Notes: a model not told the origin generated them from the sequence alone. Positions 26,301 through 33,947 are shown, counted from the first letter of the stretch. The stretch: DNA of 64,000 nucleotides from a virus (IMGVR_UViG_3300027817_000001:793-64792); one strand, 5' to 3'. Numbers and translations: made by a program.

Positions 26301-29013
26301 TGGCGGACCGGGACAAATGGGCGAAGGTGGCGGCGGACCCGGACCTGAGCCCGGCGGCGGCGGTGGTGGCGAGGAACATGCAGCGCAGCAGCCAAGCAGC
26401 GGCGGCGCTGGGGCAGAAGGCAACGCCGGACCAGACCCTCGATCCCAACTTGATCGTGACCCTGGGACTGCCCTCGCCCCCGGGCCAGCAGCCTCCGTTG
26501 GCGGGCGATCTTCCCCCTTCACCGACAAAGCCGGAAACATTCGGCTAGAGAACCTGACGAACAGCGCGGACGTCAGACAGGCCATCCACGACGCGGCCGA
26601 CGAGAGCAACGACTTCATCGGCGACCGTCGGGGCGTGGTCACCGACGGTCAGGTCTCCGATCTCGCCAACGACATCGGTCTGCCCGGCGCGATGGACATG
26701 GTGTCGAAATGGGTGAAGGGGCAGGCCTACAACGCCGAGCAGGTGGTGGTGCTCCGTAGGCTGCTGCGCTCCTCGGCGGTTGATCTGTCCGAGAAGATGA
26801 AGCAGGCCGCGATCGGCACTGACGAGGACGTGATGGCCTACGCCGAGGCTCGAGATCGGCATCAACTCATTCAGCGGACCGTCACAGGCGCCACGGCAGA
26901 GGCCGGCCGGACGCTGCGGGCATTCCGGAACATCGCTGGCGAGGAAGGTTCGGCGGCCAAGGCCATTGATGAGCTGGTGAAGATCGGCACCGGCAAGACG
27001 CTGTTTCAGCTCAAGGCTGAGGCGAAGATGGGCGCCAAGCTCGACACCCCGGAGAAGATTTCGCGGTTCATGCAAGATGCACAGAAACGCAACTTCGGCC
27101 GTGGCGTGCTGGAATATTTCGTCAACGCGCTGATCTCGGGACCTATTACCCACATCACCTACGGCGTCGGCAATGAGGTATCGTCGATCCTGCGCGCCGG
27201 CCCGGAGACCCTTGCGGCAGCGGCGATCGGCAAGGTCCGCCAGGCGCTGGGCCGCGAGGGCGAGGTGGTGCACGCCGGCGAGGCGCTGGCGCAGTACAAA
27301 GCACGCTACGGGACCATTCCGGCCTCAATCCAATCCGCTATGGAGGCGGCCAGGACCGGCATGACGACGCTGTTGCCCGGGGAAGAGATCGCACCGGGCC
27401 ATGGCGCCCTGACCCCGTTCGAAGGCGACGCCAGCCTTGCAACTGCAAAATCCATAACCAACGCGCCGGTGTCATGGAACGAGGCGATGGGGAGCGCGTT
27501 CGGCGCGGTACGCGGGATCAAGGATGCGTTCTGGGTCGGCGGCACGCTGAATGACAAGCCGATCGGGCTGGAATATTCGCCCCTTGGCCAGATCCCCGAC
27601 GTGCGGGTGAGTAGCGTCAACATCCCGATCGGCACCGCGATTCGGCTGCCCGGCCGGCTAGTCGCGGCCGAGCACAGCTTCTTCCGCACCGCAAACTATT
27701 CCATGGAACGCGCCGCGGAGGCCTACCGCGCTGCCACCGACGAAGGCCTGACCGGAACGGCGCGAGACCAGCGCATCGCCCAGATCGAACTCAACCCGAG
27801 CCAGGAGCAGATGGACCGCTGGATCACGGCTTCAAGTCACGCCACGCTGATGGGCCAGGGCGGCGCGTTCGTGCGCAAGCTCAGCGCGATGATGAACCAC
27901 GAATTCAATGTCCCGGGCATCGGCCCGACCCCGCTGCTGAAGTTCATGGACCCGTTCATCAAGATCTCGGGCAACATCATCGACCAGTCCCTGGTTCAGC
28001 GAACCCCGATCGGTTTGCTGTCGACCGAGCTGCGCGCCGACCTGATGGGGAAAAACGGGACCATTGCCCAGGACAAGGCGCAGGCCCGGATGCTGGTCGG
28101 AACTGGGCTGGCGTTGCTCTCGGGCAGCCTTGCGGCGCAGGGCTATGTGACCGGCTCGGGCCCGTCGGACCCCAAGGAAGCCGCGATGTGGCAGCTGGCC
28201 GGCAACCAGGCGCACAGCGTCAGGATCGGGGATTTCTGGTATCAGATCAACAAGCTTGGACCCTATGGCGTGCTGACCGGGATCGCGGCCGACCTCTACG
28301 AGGTGGCGCACGACGCTACGGATGGCGACATGCTGAAAGCTGCGATGCATTTGCAGCACGCGTTCACCCAGAACATCCTCGACGAATCGTTCATGAAAGG
28401 CCCATCTGACCTGATCAAGGCGGTGGACGATCCCGGCCGCTATGGTGAGAACTACATCAAGAGCTTCGCGTCATCGTTCACCCCGTTCTCGTCTGGCCTC
28501 TACCAGCTCAACCGGATGAACGATCCCTATCAGCGGGAAACCCGGTCCGTGGTCGACGCGATCAAGGCCAAGGTTCCGGGCCTGTCCGAAACACTGATGC
28601 CGCGGCGGGACGTGTGGGGCCAGCCGATGCCGAGCCGGGAGGGCGCCGGATACCTCACATCGATCTACGTGCAGAAGATGAACGCGGACCCGGTGAACCA
28701 AGCCATGCTCGATGCGCAGTTCTTCCCCGGGCAGGTCGAGAAGAAAATCCGGAACATCGAACTGACTCCCGAGGAATACGACGATTTTGCTCGGATTGCT
28801 GGAACTTTGACCAAGATCAACTTGGACAAACTTGTCGCATCACCGATGTGGCAAGATATGCCTTTGGGAGCCAAGCAAGACTGGATCAAGCTCGCGGTAG
28901 AGCAGAACCGTGAGATCGCGCGCGGCATCATCATGTACAAGCTCTACCCGCACATTTGGATCGACGCTCAAAAGCAAGCTGCCCAATGGAAGGTGGAGGG
29001 GAAGAAGCGATGA
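20305..29013 (+). CDS. giant polyvalent internal virion/DNA-ejection protein (RelA/SpoT-like, ParB-like, ART, zincin domains)
   Basis: 2902 aa; N-terminal glycine zipper; KGLDRLQSK..TDQVR..GYFD..EVQ..HKLYE (~22.4-22.8 kb); FVADGHQR (~23.35 kb); FWHGT..GPAIY..EVAIYDPKNIR (~25.1-25.55 kb); ASTFIHETGH (~25.68 kb); last position of ejection module. Confidence 0.88.
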   Translation: MDKEPSPLDDIGDVGPPIGQDTSQSFGPGSGPTVLNTVTDSFAPQGGGTGASALGTALQETGPARFATPLDDIGEIAPEEVTVKGAVTRGAVHGAVPAAGAMAGAGAGAEAGGAVGAFLGPWGALAGGVIGGIGGAIGGGFAADKAQDYTLSKLPDSFVDAFGQGERQQRLDQQERPVASFVGGMIPFALTMQPTKLAFRATGLPENATTIQKLMANPVTARLFGGGVMGGMELGQEAAQGQVDWRKVGIATGFGVVFNKPNALGEAITEMGASPARRMLGRPEPAARPPTIAQAGDTKIMGPGITEAVFQGSHEQAPEAAMTAQQTARDEQAARGEHPEPNPADIARQMEPELFARYDDLVSRRDAFRKWIDDYNRPSPEAIAEVDGRVADLQKQLDEHVAERGGYAAGPEARRLRAQIRETQKERDELAGRAATFSRGEAQDTADLALARKHLMDTDFELRDVQKEVAAAHRRAADAAGTETVPAEPHATIADMLAEQENAPNAQAPEQGAGASGVPAGGEAGPEAGAVPGAAGAVVSGPQRSIGDQRAFIADDVARRLIAAGRPEDEARAAAQLVASRYVTRAGRFEGKLGSAEELYAKESAAIAGPGGKALPPAFPPREVTEAAETAARVKAATPAAQPGILANDFESADRIKNEWRKATPFTGSVEDFIAASKPNQESLAAVGKQLADELGLTFKDPGVKADGPGKGLDRLQSKAKRFGAIGSVTDQVRAGFDVKTPAQADQIVQRMGEKFQVTDEGWQMTPAGYFDRKVYVRFPDGMIGEVQMWPPGMLATKKVGHKLYEGARELPPWHPLIPEFNRTQAEVYEPVRAALSAEWNAVLGRGGNEPNLLANAPAESTAALDPTSAALTSSHEPLTSAHASEGVQKAGSPSQEQALMSDMFGISNENVGEHASPVNAALTARDKIDELSPAEQKTQLPTYTAAAEQSPQGRDQPAGVFMFDPTKLEVDAKRFQFKTGGDEYGVTGALRNVQKWDPAKAQSIIVWEQADGKLFVADGHQRSGLARRLVEQGKAKDVQLPGVLYREKDGISADDIRAIAAVTNIANGSGKAIDGAKVLRERPDLLDESLPLSAGKGKQAAALARLGDEAFRMVVNDVVPEHYGAVVGDLLPKDPDRQVAALKAIARFEPKNADEAAVLTQRVAQAELAKKEEGAQTSMFGDLETPESTAGEEMKIVGRAIADLKKDKSLFARVLANAERIEKTGSTIEREAAQNVSNDAEVFAKTLTSEAYSSGPVRTELVAAARDLKNGKSSIGEATQRILAALREQAETHGADRNGAVGAGAKERELAQTDVERVKDHEGYPIDRGEISHDLHDEWADLIRDLKEGGEDVPSSPALRLALKKFDDLIKQNDSRLVIRRGQIADVIGSLEKAKTDIAEKFETGSGRATAKSLSGRVIEAKIDDEIVGLRRTEKELQDFFGEEEPGDLFAAEPGAEGKPQALIPGVAPVTARDRIQALANKPLAPKKAQKAADEGLFGSSKDQKELFQHKADHDDDLIRMLRGALETDEYSSVDSAGRRVPASSRELLDRMSKKYGEDTDLDQWSEKDYDAYFAAVDREAAVNSETLENAGITQSSAKAAKDDGFDTSREFWHGTTHGIFTDFRESTAENDVLGPAIYLGSTKGLSDFYGPGRGGDLLGPFHVRGNIVNENTMVPRDPDKYPGQMAKASQVMGTLKLALEDKRMRAPWGKDMTPAQYAREFWKRRGVDGYDSGFEVAIYDPKNIRAGFSIDGGTIRPSTELNQVMRGKIKIGSGRPLISLLKDANASTFIHETGHEWLEQMVKDAAHPDVSDVVRKDMASTLEWMGLEKPEDLQETTKAGKLTARATKAHEKFARGFEQYMREGVAPSKELAGVFAQFRNWLLQIYQSLKGLGSEISPEIRGVFDRMLEMEPQRTVIAPERLQPDLLHDIHEADAAHTPPHEAEPAMDRIIAERDRYITEQPPEIQRELEAAAQKVQAAEGPAGEAAGAPGEAFASPGGPGQMGEGGGGPGPEPGGGGGGEEHAAQQPSSGGAGAEGNAGPDPRSQLDRDPGTALAPGPAASVGGRSSPFTDKAGNIRLENLTNSADVRQAIHDAADESNDFIGDRRGVVTDGQVSDLANDIGLPGAMDMVSKWVKGQAYNAEQVVVLRRLLRSSAVDLSEKMKQAAIGTDEDVMAYAEARDRHQLIQRTVTGATAEAGRTLRAFRNIAGEEGSAAKAIDELVKIGTGKTLFQLKAEAKMGAKLDTPEKISRFMQDAQKRNFGRGVLEYFVNALISGPITHITYGVGNEVSSILRAGPETLAAAAIGKVRQALGREGEVVHAGEALAQYKARYGTIPASIQSAMEAARTGMTTLLPGEEIAPGHGALTPFEGDASLATAKSITNAPVSWNEAMGSAFGAVRGIKDAFWVGGTLNDKPIGLEYSPLGQIPDVRVSSVNIPIGTAIRLPGRLVAAEHSFFRTANYSMERAAEAYRAATDEGLTGTARDQRIAQIELNPSQEQMDRWITASSHATLMGQGGAFVRKLSAMMNHEFNVPGIGPTPLLKFMDPFIKISGNIIDQSLVQRTPIGLLSTELRADLMGKNGTIAQDKAQARMLVGTGLALLSGSLAAQGYVTGSGPSDPKEAAMWQLAGNQAHSVRIGDFWYQINKLGPYGVLTGIAADLYEVAHDATDGDMLKAAMHLQHAFTQNILDESFMKGPSDLIKAVDDPGRYGENYIKSFASSFTPFSSGLYQLNRMNDPYQRETRSVVDAIKAKVPGLSETLMPRRDVWGQPMPSREGAGYLTSIYVQKMNADPVNQAMLDAQFFPGQVEKKIRNIELTPEEYDDFARIAGTLTKINLDKLVASPMWQDMPLGAKQDWIKLAVEQNREIARGIIMYKLYPHIWIDAQKQAAQWKVEGKKR
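21818..21988 (+). CDS. nested +1-frame ORF (56 aa) inside giant gene
   Basis: AGGAG 21803-21807; MPKRQNKEPEHLAFQQAVKLGLKPEQCLELLVLSFLALN...; GC-ending codons in this frame while host frame turns A/T-ending. Confidence 0.6.
   Translation: MPKRQNKEPEHLAFQQAVKLGLKPEQCLELLVLSFLALNVPLAISAPSSRTTSPDD
22788..23015 (-). CDS. nested antisense ORF (75 aa), candidate antitoxin of RelA/SpoT-like domain
   Basis: MSDIKACSWDGLPAFWTPSEAWALVKGSWEEVNAADVGSNAAVLSAGAFAKRFGSLPPLP...; GGAG 9 nt upstream; promoter upstream. Confidence 0.7.
   Translation of the reverse strand: MSDIKACSWDGLPAFWTPSEAWALVKGSWEEVNAADVGSNAAVLSAGAFAKRFGSLPPLPKTAFHSAESAARTGS
23035..23063 (-). promoter_or_regulatory. sigma70-like promoter for nested antisense ORF
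   Basis: Minus strand TTGACG (23063-23058), 17 nt, TACATT (23040-23035). Confidence 0.7.
24116..24301 (+). CDS. nested +1-frame ORF (61 aa) inside giant gene
   Basis: AAGGGA 8 nt upstream; MENHPSEKLHSEYSLPSGSRLRRMALIGMALSEQ...; host frame locally A/T-ending. Confidence 0.45.
   Translation: MENHPSEKLHSEYSLPSGSRLRRMALIGMALSEQGRKSESSPKPTSKGSRTTKATQSTEAK
26210..26548 (+). CDS. nested +1-frame ORF (112 aa) inside giant gene
   Basis: GGAG 26199-26202 before GTG; ...EKLSQALADRDKWAKVAADPDLSPAAAVVARNMQRSSQAAAALG...; host frame here is a Gly/Pro/Glu low-complexity linker. Confidence 0.6.
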   Translation: MSSKPQPRKSKPQKDQQEKPQALPEKLSQALADRDKWAKVAADPDLSPAAAVVARNMQRSSQAAAALGQKATPDQTLDPNLIVTLGLPSPPGQQPPLAGDLPPSPTKPETFG

Positions 29014-29202
29014 CAAAAGAAAACCGCCCTTTCGGGCGGCCATTCTCCCCTTTCAACCTCTCCAGCCATAAGCAAGGATCAGACGGTTGCCAGCACACCA
29101 CGGGGACCAGCACTGGTTGGTTGGGCGCTTCCATACACTCCATCTGATTGACGTTCAAGTCAAACGTCCGTAAGTTCGCCATAATTTTGTAGGGGCACCA
29201 AT

Positions 29203-29754
29203 ATGTTCAGCATCGTGTCACTGAAGGCAGCCAACGAGCAGCGGTTGAGCGCCAAGGAACGAGCGCTATCGCACGCTAGGCTGCTTGAGGTGCTTGGGTA
29301 CGATCCCGAAACAGGGCTGTTCTTCTGGAAAAAGCGCATTTCGATCAGGATTACGGTCGGAGCGATTGCGGGTTCAGATACGGGAAAGGGCTACATCGAA
29401 ATAGGGATTGATGGCCACAACTATTTCGCCCACCGGCTAGCTTGGTTTTATGAAAAAGGTGAATGGCCGAAAGGTCAGGTTGACCATAAAGATACGATAC
29501 GAACAAACAATAGAATCAAGAACCTGCGTGATGCGACTCACGGTCAGAATGTCAACAACTCTGGCGTCAGGGCGAATAATACCAGCGGATACAAAGGGGT
29601 TTCTTTCGCCAAGAACCTCAAGAAGTGGCATTCTCGGATTATGAGCGAAGGGCAGCTTTATCTGCTGGGATACTTCGACACTCCAGAAGAAGCCTATGAG
29701 GCTTACTGCCGCAAAGCCAAGGAACTTCATGGTGAATTTGCGAGGATAGCATGA
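29203..29754 (+). CDS. HNH-AP2 homing endonuclease
   Basis: YDPETG, AHRLAW, VDHKD..RTNNRIKNLR, NNTSGYKGV, LGYFDTPEEA..AY..LHGEFA. Confidence 0.92.
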   Translation: MFSIVSLKAANEQRLSAKERALSHARLLEVLGYDPETGLFFWKKRISIRITVGAIAGSDTGKGYIEIGIDGHNYFAHRLAWFYEKGEWPKGQVDHKDTIRTNNRIKNLRDATHGQNVNNSGVRANNTSGYKGVSFAKNLKKWHSRIMSEGQLYLLGYFDTPEEAYEAYCRKAKELHGEFARIA

Positions 29755-30278
29755 CCGCATCTAACTTTACCAAAAGTCTTGCCCTTGTCCTCAAGTCAGA
29801 GGGAGGCAACGATGATGATCCGGCGGATCACGGTGGTCGCACCTCGCGCGGCATCACGCAGCGCGAATACAGCGCCTGGTGCAAGGAGCACGGCAAGGCT
29901 GGCGGTGATGTCTGGAAAGCCGCCCAGGCCGATATCGACGCGATTTATCATGGTGAATATTGGAACCCATGGTGCGACCTGATTCCGATTGGCAGCGACT
30001 ACGTGTTCTTTGACATGTGTGTGAACGCTGGTCCGAACCGGGCGATCATCCTCGGGCAGCGCGCGCTCGGCGTGAAGGACGACGGCCGCGTCGGCCCGGT
30101 CACGCGGGCCGCGTTTGACGAGGCGATGGCCGACCCGGTAAAGCTGCTCGAAGCATACACTAATGCCAAGCGGAATTTCTATCGGTCGCTGCATCAGCCC
30201 AAATTCATAAATGGCTGGCTCAATCGAACGCAAAAGGTTCATGACGCAGCCTTGGCGATGATCAAGGGGGCATCATGA
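29751..30278 (+). CDS. endolysin, glycoside hydrolase family 108
   Basis: SEGG.DDDPADHGGRTSRGIT; FDMCVNAG; DDGRVGPVT; FINGWLNR. Confidence 0.92.
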   Translation: MTASNFTKSLALVLKSEGGNDDDPADHGGRTSRGITQREYSAWCKEHGKAGGDVWKAAQADIDAIYHGEYWNPWCDLIPIGSDYVFFDMCVNAGPNRAIILGQRALGVKDDGRVGPVTRAAFDEAMADPVKLLEAYTNAKRNFYRSLHQPKFINGWLNRTQKVHDAALAMIKGAS

Positions 30279-30484
30279 GATTCCTTTTCGTTTGCGCTTT
30301 GGCTGGAACAATGATCGGCATCGGCCTGGTTGGCGCGCTGCGGCTGGCCTATCCTGACTTCGCGGCGCTGCCGGCGGTAACGACGGCGCCGGCCTCCGAG
30401 ATTGGCGGGTGCGGGTCCAGTTCGCTCGTTGGGCCTCAGCCGAGCTGCGCACCGGGTACAACGACGGGGAACGCACGGCGGTGA
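30275..30484 (+). CDS. small membrane protein of lysis cassette
   Basis: N-terminal hydrophobic helix; ATGA overlap with endolysin. Confidence 0.5.
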   Translation: MRFLFVCALAGTMIGIGLVGALRLAYPDFAALPAVTTAPASEIGGCGSSSLVGPQPSCAPGTTTGNARR

Positions 30485-30639
30485 ACTGGATCAATATTGG
30501 GTTGCTCGCTATGTTTGGCCTGGGACCTCTTGCCATAACGGCATTCCTGGCCGGGTGCCGCCGTTTGAAAAAGGCCGATACCCGCGACTACCCCGACAGC
30601 GATCCAACCGAGGCCCCGCCTAAGAGGAGGTCGTTTTGA
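30481..30639 (+). CDS. small possible lipoprotein (o-spanin candidate)
   Basis: GTGA overlap; hydrophobic stretch ending FLAG|C lipobox; Pro-rich tail. Confidence 0.4.
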   Translation: MNWINIGLLAMFGLGPLAITAFLAGCRRLKKADTRDYPDSDPTEAPPKRRSF

Positions 30640-31139
30640 TTCGTCTCCGCTTCGTCACCTGTGACGACATGCTGTCCCGCCTGATCCGCACCCAGGCGGG
30701 CATTTCCATGCCGTTCACGCCGAGCCATACGGAGGCGCTGTCCCAGGACGGCCAGTCCTATATCGGCGCCCATTATGACGGCGGGATCCAGGCGCGCCCG
30801 GTGGGCTATGACGCGGCGCAGGTCATGACGCTGCCGGATGGCCGAAAGGCCGACATCATCGTCTCGCTGCCCTGCACGGATGTTCAGGAAGCGGCGTTTT
30901 ACGCCTTCGTTAATTCCAAGATCGATGAGCCATACGACTGGAAATCGATTCTGTCGTTCGCCGCGCCGGACATCAACCTGCATCTGACCGACCATCTGAT
31001 CTGCTCGGCGTTCATGACGGCCGGGCTGCGCGCGGCCATGTGCGAGTATTTCCCGCTTCCGTTGACTGTGCCGTTCCACCACATCTCGCCGCGGGACCTG
31101 CTGCTGATCCTGAGTTCACACGTTCAAATCGACCACTAG
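30636..31139 (+). CDS. permuted papain-like (YiiX/YebB NlpC/P60) amidase
   Basis: PSHTE ... PYDW ... LICSA ... ISPRDL; GAGGAGG RBS. Confidence 0.75.
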   Translation: MIRLRFVTCDDMLSRLIRTQAGISMPFTPSHTEALSQDGQSYIGAHYDGGIQARPVGYDAAQVMTLPDGRKADIIVSLPCTDVQEAAFYAFVNSKIDEPYDWKSILSFAAPDINLHLTDHLICSAFMTAGLRAAMCEYFPLPLTVPFHHISPRDLLLILSSHVQIDH

Positions 31140-31150
31140 GAGATCACCCC

Positions 31151-32149
31151 ATGGAAGGCCAGCCGAAATTCACTTACGACTTCGTTATGGGCCAGCTGCG
31201 AATGACTCTCGTGGCTGGCCTTGCGTTCGCCGGCGGCAAGGGCTGGCTCACGCCGACCGACGCCGGCGCGCTCCTGGCGATCGCGACCGCCGCCGGTCCC
31301 TTGGCCGTGCCGTGGGTATGGTCCATCATCACCAACCTGGGCAAGGTGCATGTCGGATCTGGCAGCGCCGCAGCAGAGGTGGCGAAGGTCGAAGCGATCT
31401 CGCCGGCCACCGCCGTCAATGCCGCCGCCGTCGTGTCGAACGCACTCGGCAAAGCGGCGGGGCTCCTCCTGGCCGCCATCCTGCTCGCCTCCATCATTCC
31501 CGCATCGCCCGCGAGCGCCCAGACTGGCACCCGTCGCGCGACACAGGCGACGCCGGCGCAGCCGAAGCAGACCAATGGCCTTCCCTGCGATCCGGCAAAC
31601 TTGCTGCCGGGCTGCAAGACGGCACAGGCCGAGATCGATGGCCGATCGCCTACCGATGCGCTGCCCTGCATGGACATCTCGATGCTTACGAAGCTCACGC
31701 TGCAGAACCTGATGCCGACCACGGTCGCATGCATCCAGAAGGCGAACAACAAGCTGGTGACGGACACGCAGCGTGCGCTTGATTCGGCCAAGGCCTTCAA
31801 GAACAGCGCATCAGGCACGGCCGGCGCCGCCGTCGGCGACAACGACGCCATCAACTGCCTGACGCCAGCCTTGGCCCTGTTCCAGGCGGCGATGATCATT
31901 CCGGCCGTGCCCGCGCAAGATGCTGTCCTGAACGCCGATGGAACGGTCAAGACGCCGGCCGTTGCCGCGGTCGACGCGATCGAACCTGGGCCGATCTTGC
32001 TCGGGCAGAAGTTCCGCGAATTCGTCGAGCTGGGTGGCCTGACGACCTGCAAGAATGTCGTGAATTACTCGGTTCAGGCTGTTGCCGCTGCTGGAGCAGG
32101 CGATCTTGCAACCGCGGCGACTGGAGCTGCCCTGATCGCGCCGAAGTAA
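31151..32149 (+). CDS. holin-like N-terminus fused to Cys-containing extracytoplasmic domain
   Basis: GQLRMTLVAGLAFAGGKGW..(TM2)..WVWS holin-like; third hydrophobic segment ending ASA|Q; AGGAG RBS. Confidence 0.6.
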   Translation: MEGQPKFTYDFVMGQLRMTLVAGLAFAGGKGWLTPTDAGALLAIATAAGPLAVPWVWSIITNLGKVHVGSGSAAAEVAKVEAISPATAVNAAAVVSNALGKAAGLLLAAILLASIIPASPASAQTGTRRATQATPAQPKQTNGLPCDPANLLPGCKTAQAEIDGRSPTDALPCMDISMLTKLTLQNLMPTTVACIQKANNKLVTDTQRALDSAKAFKNSASGTAGAAVGDNDAINCLTPALALFQAAMIIPAVPAQDAVLNADGTVKTPAVAAVDAIEPGPILLGQKFREFVELGGLTTCKNVVNYSVQAVAAAGAGDLATAATGAALIAPK

Positions 32150-32155
32150 TTTTGA

Positions 32156-32446
32156 ATGACCGCAACGCCTCTCCTCGACATGATTTTGCAGCACGGCGGG
32201 CCCTTTGGATTGGGGCTCGCCGTCGGCATGCTGATGTGGCTGCTCGAGCACCAGGGCGGCATGGGCAAGGACAAGATCATCGCCGCCAAGGACGTGGTCA
32301 TCGCCGAGCTGAACAAGCAGTTCGTGGAGCTCCACAAGGAGACCTTGGGCGCGATGAACGCGTCGACCCAGGTGAACCAGTCCGTCGACAAGGCCGTTAC
32401 CGCGATCTATGCTGTGCTGACCTCGCCCATTGGCAGAAAGCGCTGA
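32156..32446 (+). CDS. TM plus coiled-coil protein (lysis region)
   Basis: One N-terminal TM, helical C-terminus. Confidence 0.6.
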   Translation: MTATPLLDMILQHGGPFGLGLAVGMLMWLLEHQGGMGKDKIIAAKDVVIAELNKQFVELHKETLGAMNASTQVNQSVDKAVTAIYAVLTSPIGRKR

Positions 32447-32447
32447 C

Positions 32448-32654
32448 ATGATCTGCGCCCTTCCAATCAATGTGCACGATCTGATGCAGGAGGTGCGCGC
32501 CGCTCGGCGCCGGGTCACCGACACTGCAAATCAGGCATCCAAGCGTGTCAACGAGCTTGATATCGCACTTGAGCCTTATCGCGCCGCGCCCGACCCTCAC
32601 ACCGCCCTGATCGAAGTCCTGTTCAACAGCCGCTCACTGGAAAGAGACGATTGA
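32448..32654 (+). CDS. hypothetical protein
   Basis: Compact ORF in operon. Confidence 0.55.
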   Translation: MICALPINVHDLMQEVRAARRRVTDTANQASKRVNELDIALEPYRAAPDPHTALIEVLFNSRSLERDD

Positions 32655-33067
32655 TGGCGAATTTCATCCTCGAGGTTGCCAACAACGTCCGTGTGATCAA
32701 CCAGCAAACGACGTGGGTCTTCCTGTTCTATTTCCTCGTGCACGGCATCTGGTATCCAGGTCCAAGGGGAATCGCGCCGGCCGACATCCGCCGCTTCGTG
32801 TTCGGCCTGGCGCTCGGCATGTTCCTGCATGACACCGGCGGGCTGATCATCGGATACACGGTGTGGGTATTCCGGGCCATGGGGATCGGCGGAGGGGCCG
32901 GCCATCCCTCTCCCGCCTCGGTCTATGGCATGGTCACTGGCCAGCTGACGATCGCCGTGGCGCATATCCTGATCGTGGCGGTGCTGTCGTTCAGCCGGTT
33001 CGGCTGCAAGCTGTGGGTGGGGCTGGTGCTGGCCGATATCGCGTATCTGGCCTGGGTGCTGTCCTGA
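32651..33067 (+). CDS. multi-pass membrane protein
   Basis: About four hydrophobic segments. Confidence 0.6.
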   Translation: MMANFILEVANNVRVINQQTTWVFLFYFLVHGIWYPGPRGIAPADIRRFVFGLALGMFLHDTGGLIIGYTVWVFRAMGIGGGAGHPSPASVYGMVTGQLTIAVAHILIVAVLSFSRFGCKLWVGLVLADIAYLAWVLS

Positions 33068-33255
33068 TGCTCTGGGTCGCCGTTCTGGCCGTCCTGGCGA
33101 CCGCCGAGCCATCCCAGCTGCCGCCCGGCTATACCTGCGCCGATGTCCGCCGGCTGGTTGCCGAGCACGGCAGGCTGGCCTCGATCGAGTGGGCGCTGAA
33201 GCAGGGCTGGTCTCCGCAGCAAATTTGGCTGGTCAGGCGCGAGTGCCGGGTTTGA
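33067..33255 (+). CDS. small secreted protein with two Cys
   Basis: MLWVAVLAVLATA|EP...TCADVR...ECRV. Confidence 0.5.
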   Translation: MLWVAVLAVLATAEPSQLPPGYTCADVRRLVAEHGRLASIEWALKQGWSPQQIWLVRRECRV

Positions 33256-33427
33256 ACCTGATGGCCTGCCGGTTGGCCTCGTAGTTCTGATGGATCAAGT
33301 ATCGCCGCTCGTCCCGGTCCGGCACCAAGCGCAGGATGGAGGCGATGAACACATCATCGGAGAACTCGCCGACGCGGTATCGCTCAACGAGTCCCGATAG
33401 CTTCTCCTGGCGTTCGTCGGCGGTCAT
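33233..33427 (-). CDS. hypothetical protein
   Basis: Last gene of leftward arm; ATGA-coupled. Confidence 0.55.
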   Translation of the reverse strand: MTADERQEKLSGLVERYRVGEFSDDVFIASILRLVPDRDERRYLIHQNYEANRQAIRFKPGTRA

Positions 33428-33639
33428 GATCTGGTCAGAAGTGTTGCTGCTGAAAAGGCAACGGAATCAACGATTTGTTTAGGGTCACAGCGCCGCCAAT
33501 CCACACGGCATTCGTCAATCTCGCCATGACAGAACACGCGGTAGACGATTTCGCCGGTGCAGCTATCCTCCCACACCTCCCACTTGCGCACTTCTATTCC
33601 GCATTGCGAGCATCTGATCTTAGCGGCTTCGGCGGTCAT
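33424..33639 (-). CDS. small Cys-rich protein
   Basis: CSQC...FCHG; coupled overlaps. Confidence 0.55.
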   Translation of the reverse strand: MTAEAAKIRCSQCGIEVRKWEVWEDSCTGEIVYRVFCHGEIDECRVDWRRCDPKQIVDSVAFSAATLLTRS

Positions 33640-33947
33640 TTTCCGATCCGCTCAATCATCTCGCGGGCGCAGTCCTGCCAGCCGAGGAGGCGTTTATTGG
33701 CGTCTTCACACGCCTCCAATTTGGCCTTCAATGTTCTATTTTCCACTCTGAGAGCCGTGTTCGAATCGCTGAGAGAATAGTTCCCTTCGAACGCCGCTCG
33801 TAGTTCATCCTTGGCTTGATCCCGCTCCTTGACCAACTGCTGAATGCGAGCGACCAGCATATCGCAAGTCCTCCTCATGTTCGCGATCGTGACCTTCGGA
33901 TCTTCCCCCTTCGGGGTGCGCGGCGGGCGGACGGTGGATTTAGGCAT
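33636..33947 (-). CDS. coiled-coil hypothetical protein
   Basis: AAGGAG RBS; helical. Confidence 0.6.
   Translation of the reverse strand: MPKSTVRPPRTPKGEDPKVTIANMRRTCDMLVARIQQLVKERDQAKDELRAAFEGNYSLSDSNTALRVENRTLKAKLEACEDANKRLLGWQDCAREMIERIGK

Noticed and set aside
28931-29182. 83-aa antisense ORF overlapping the giant gene end
   Set aside because: No convincing RBS or motifs; the region holds a ccgccc-tttc-gggcgg hairpin and a likely promoter for the HNH-AP2 gene
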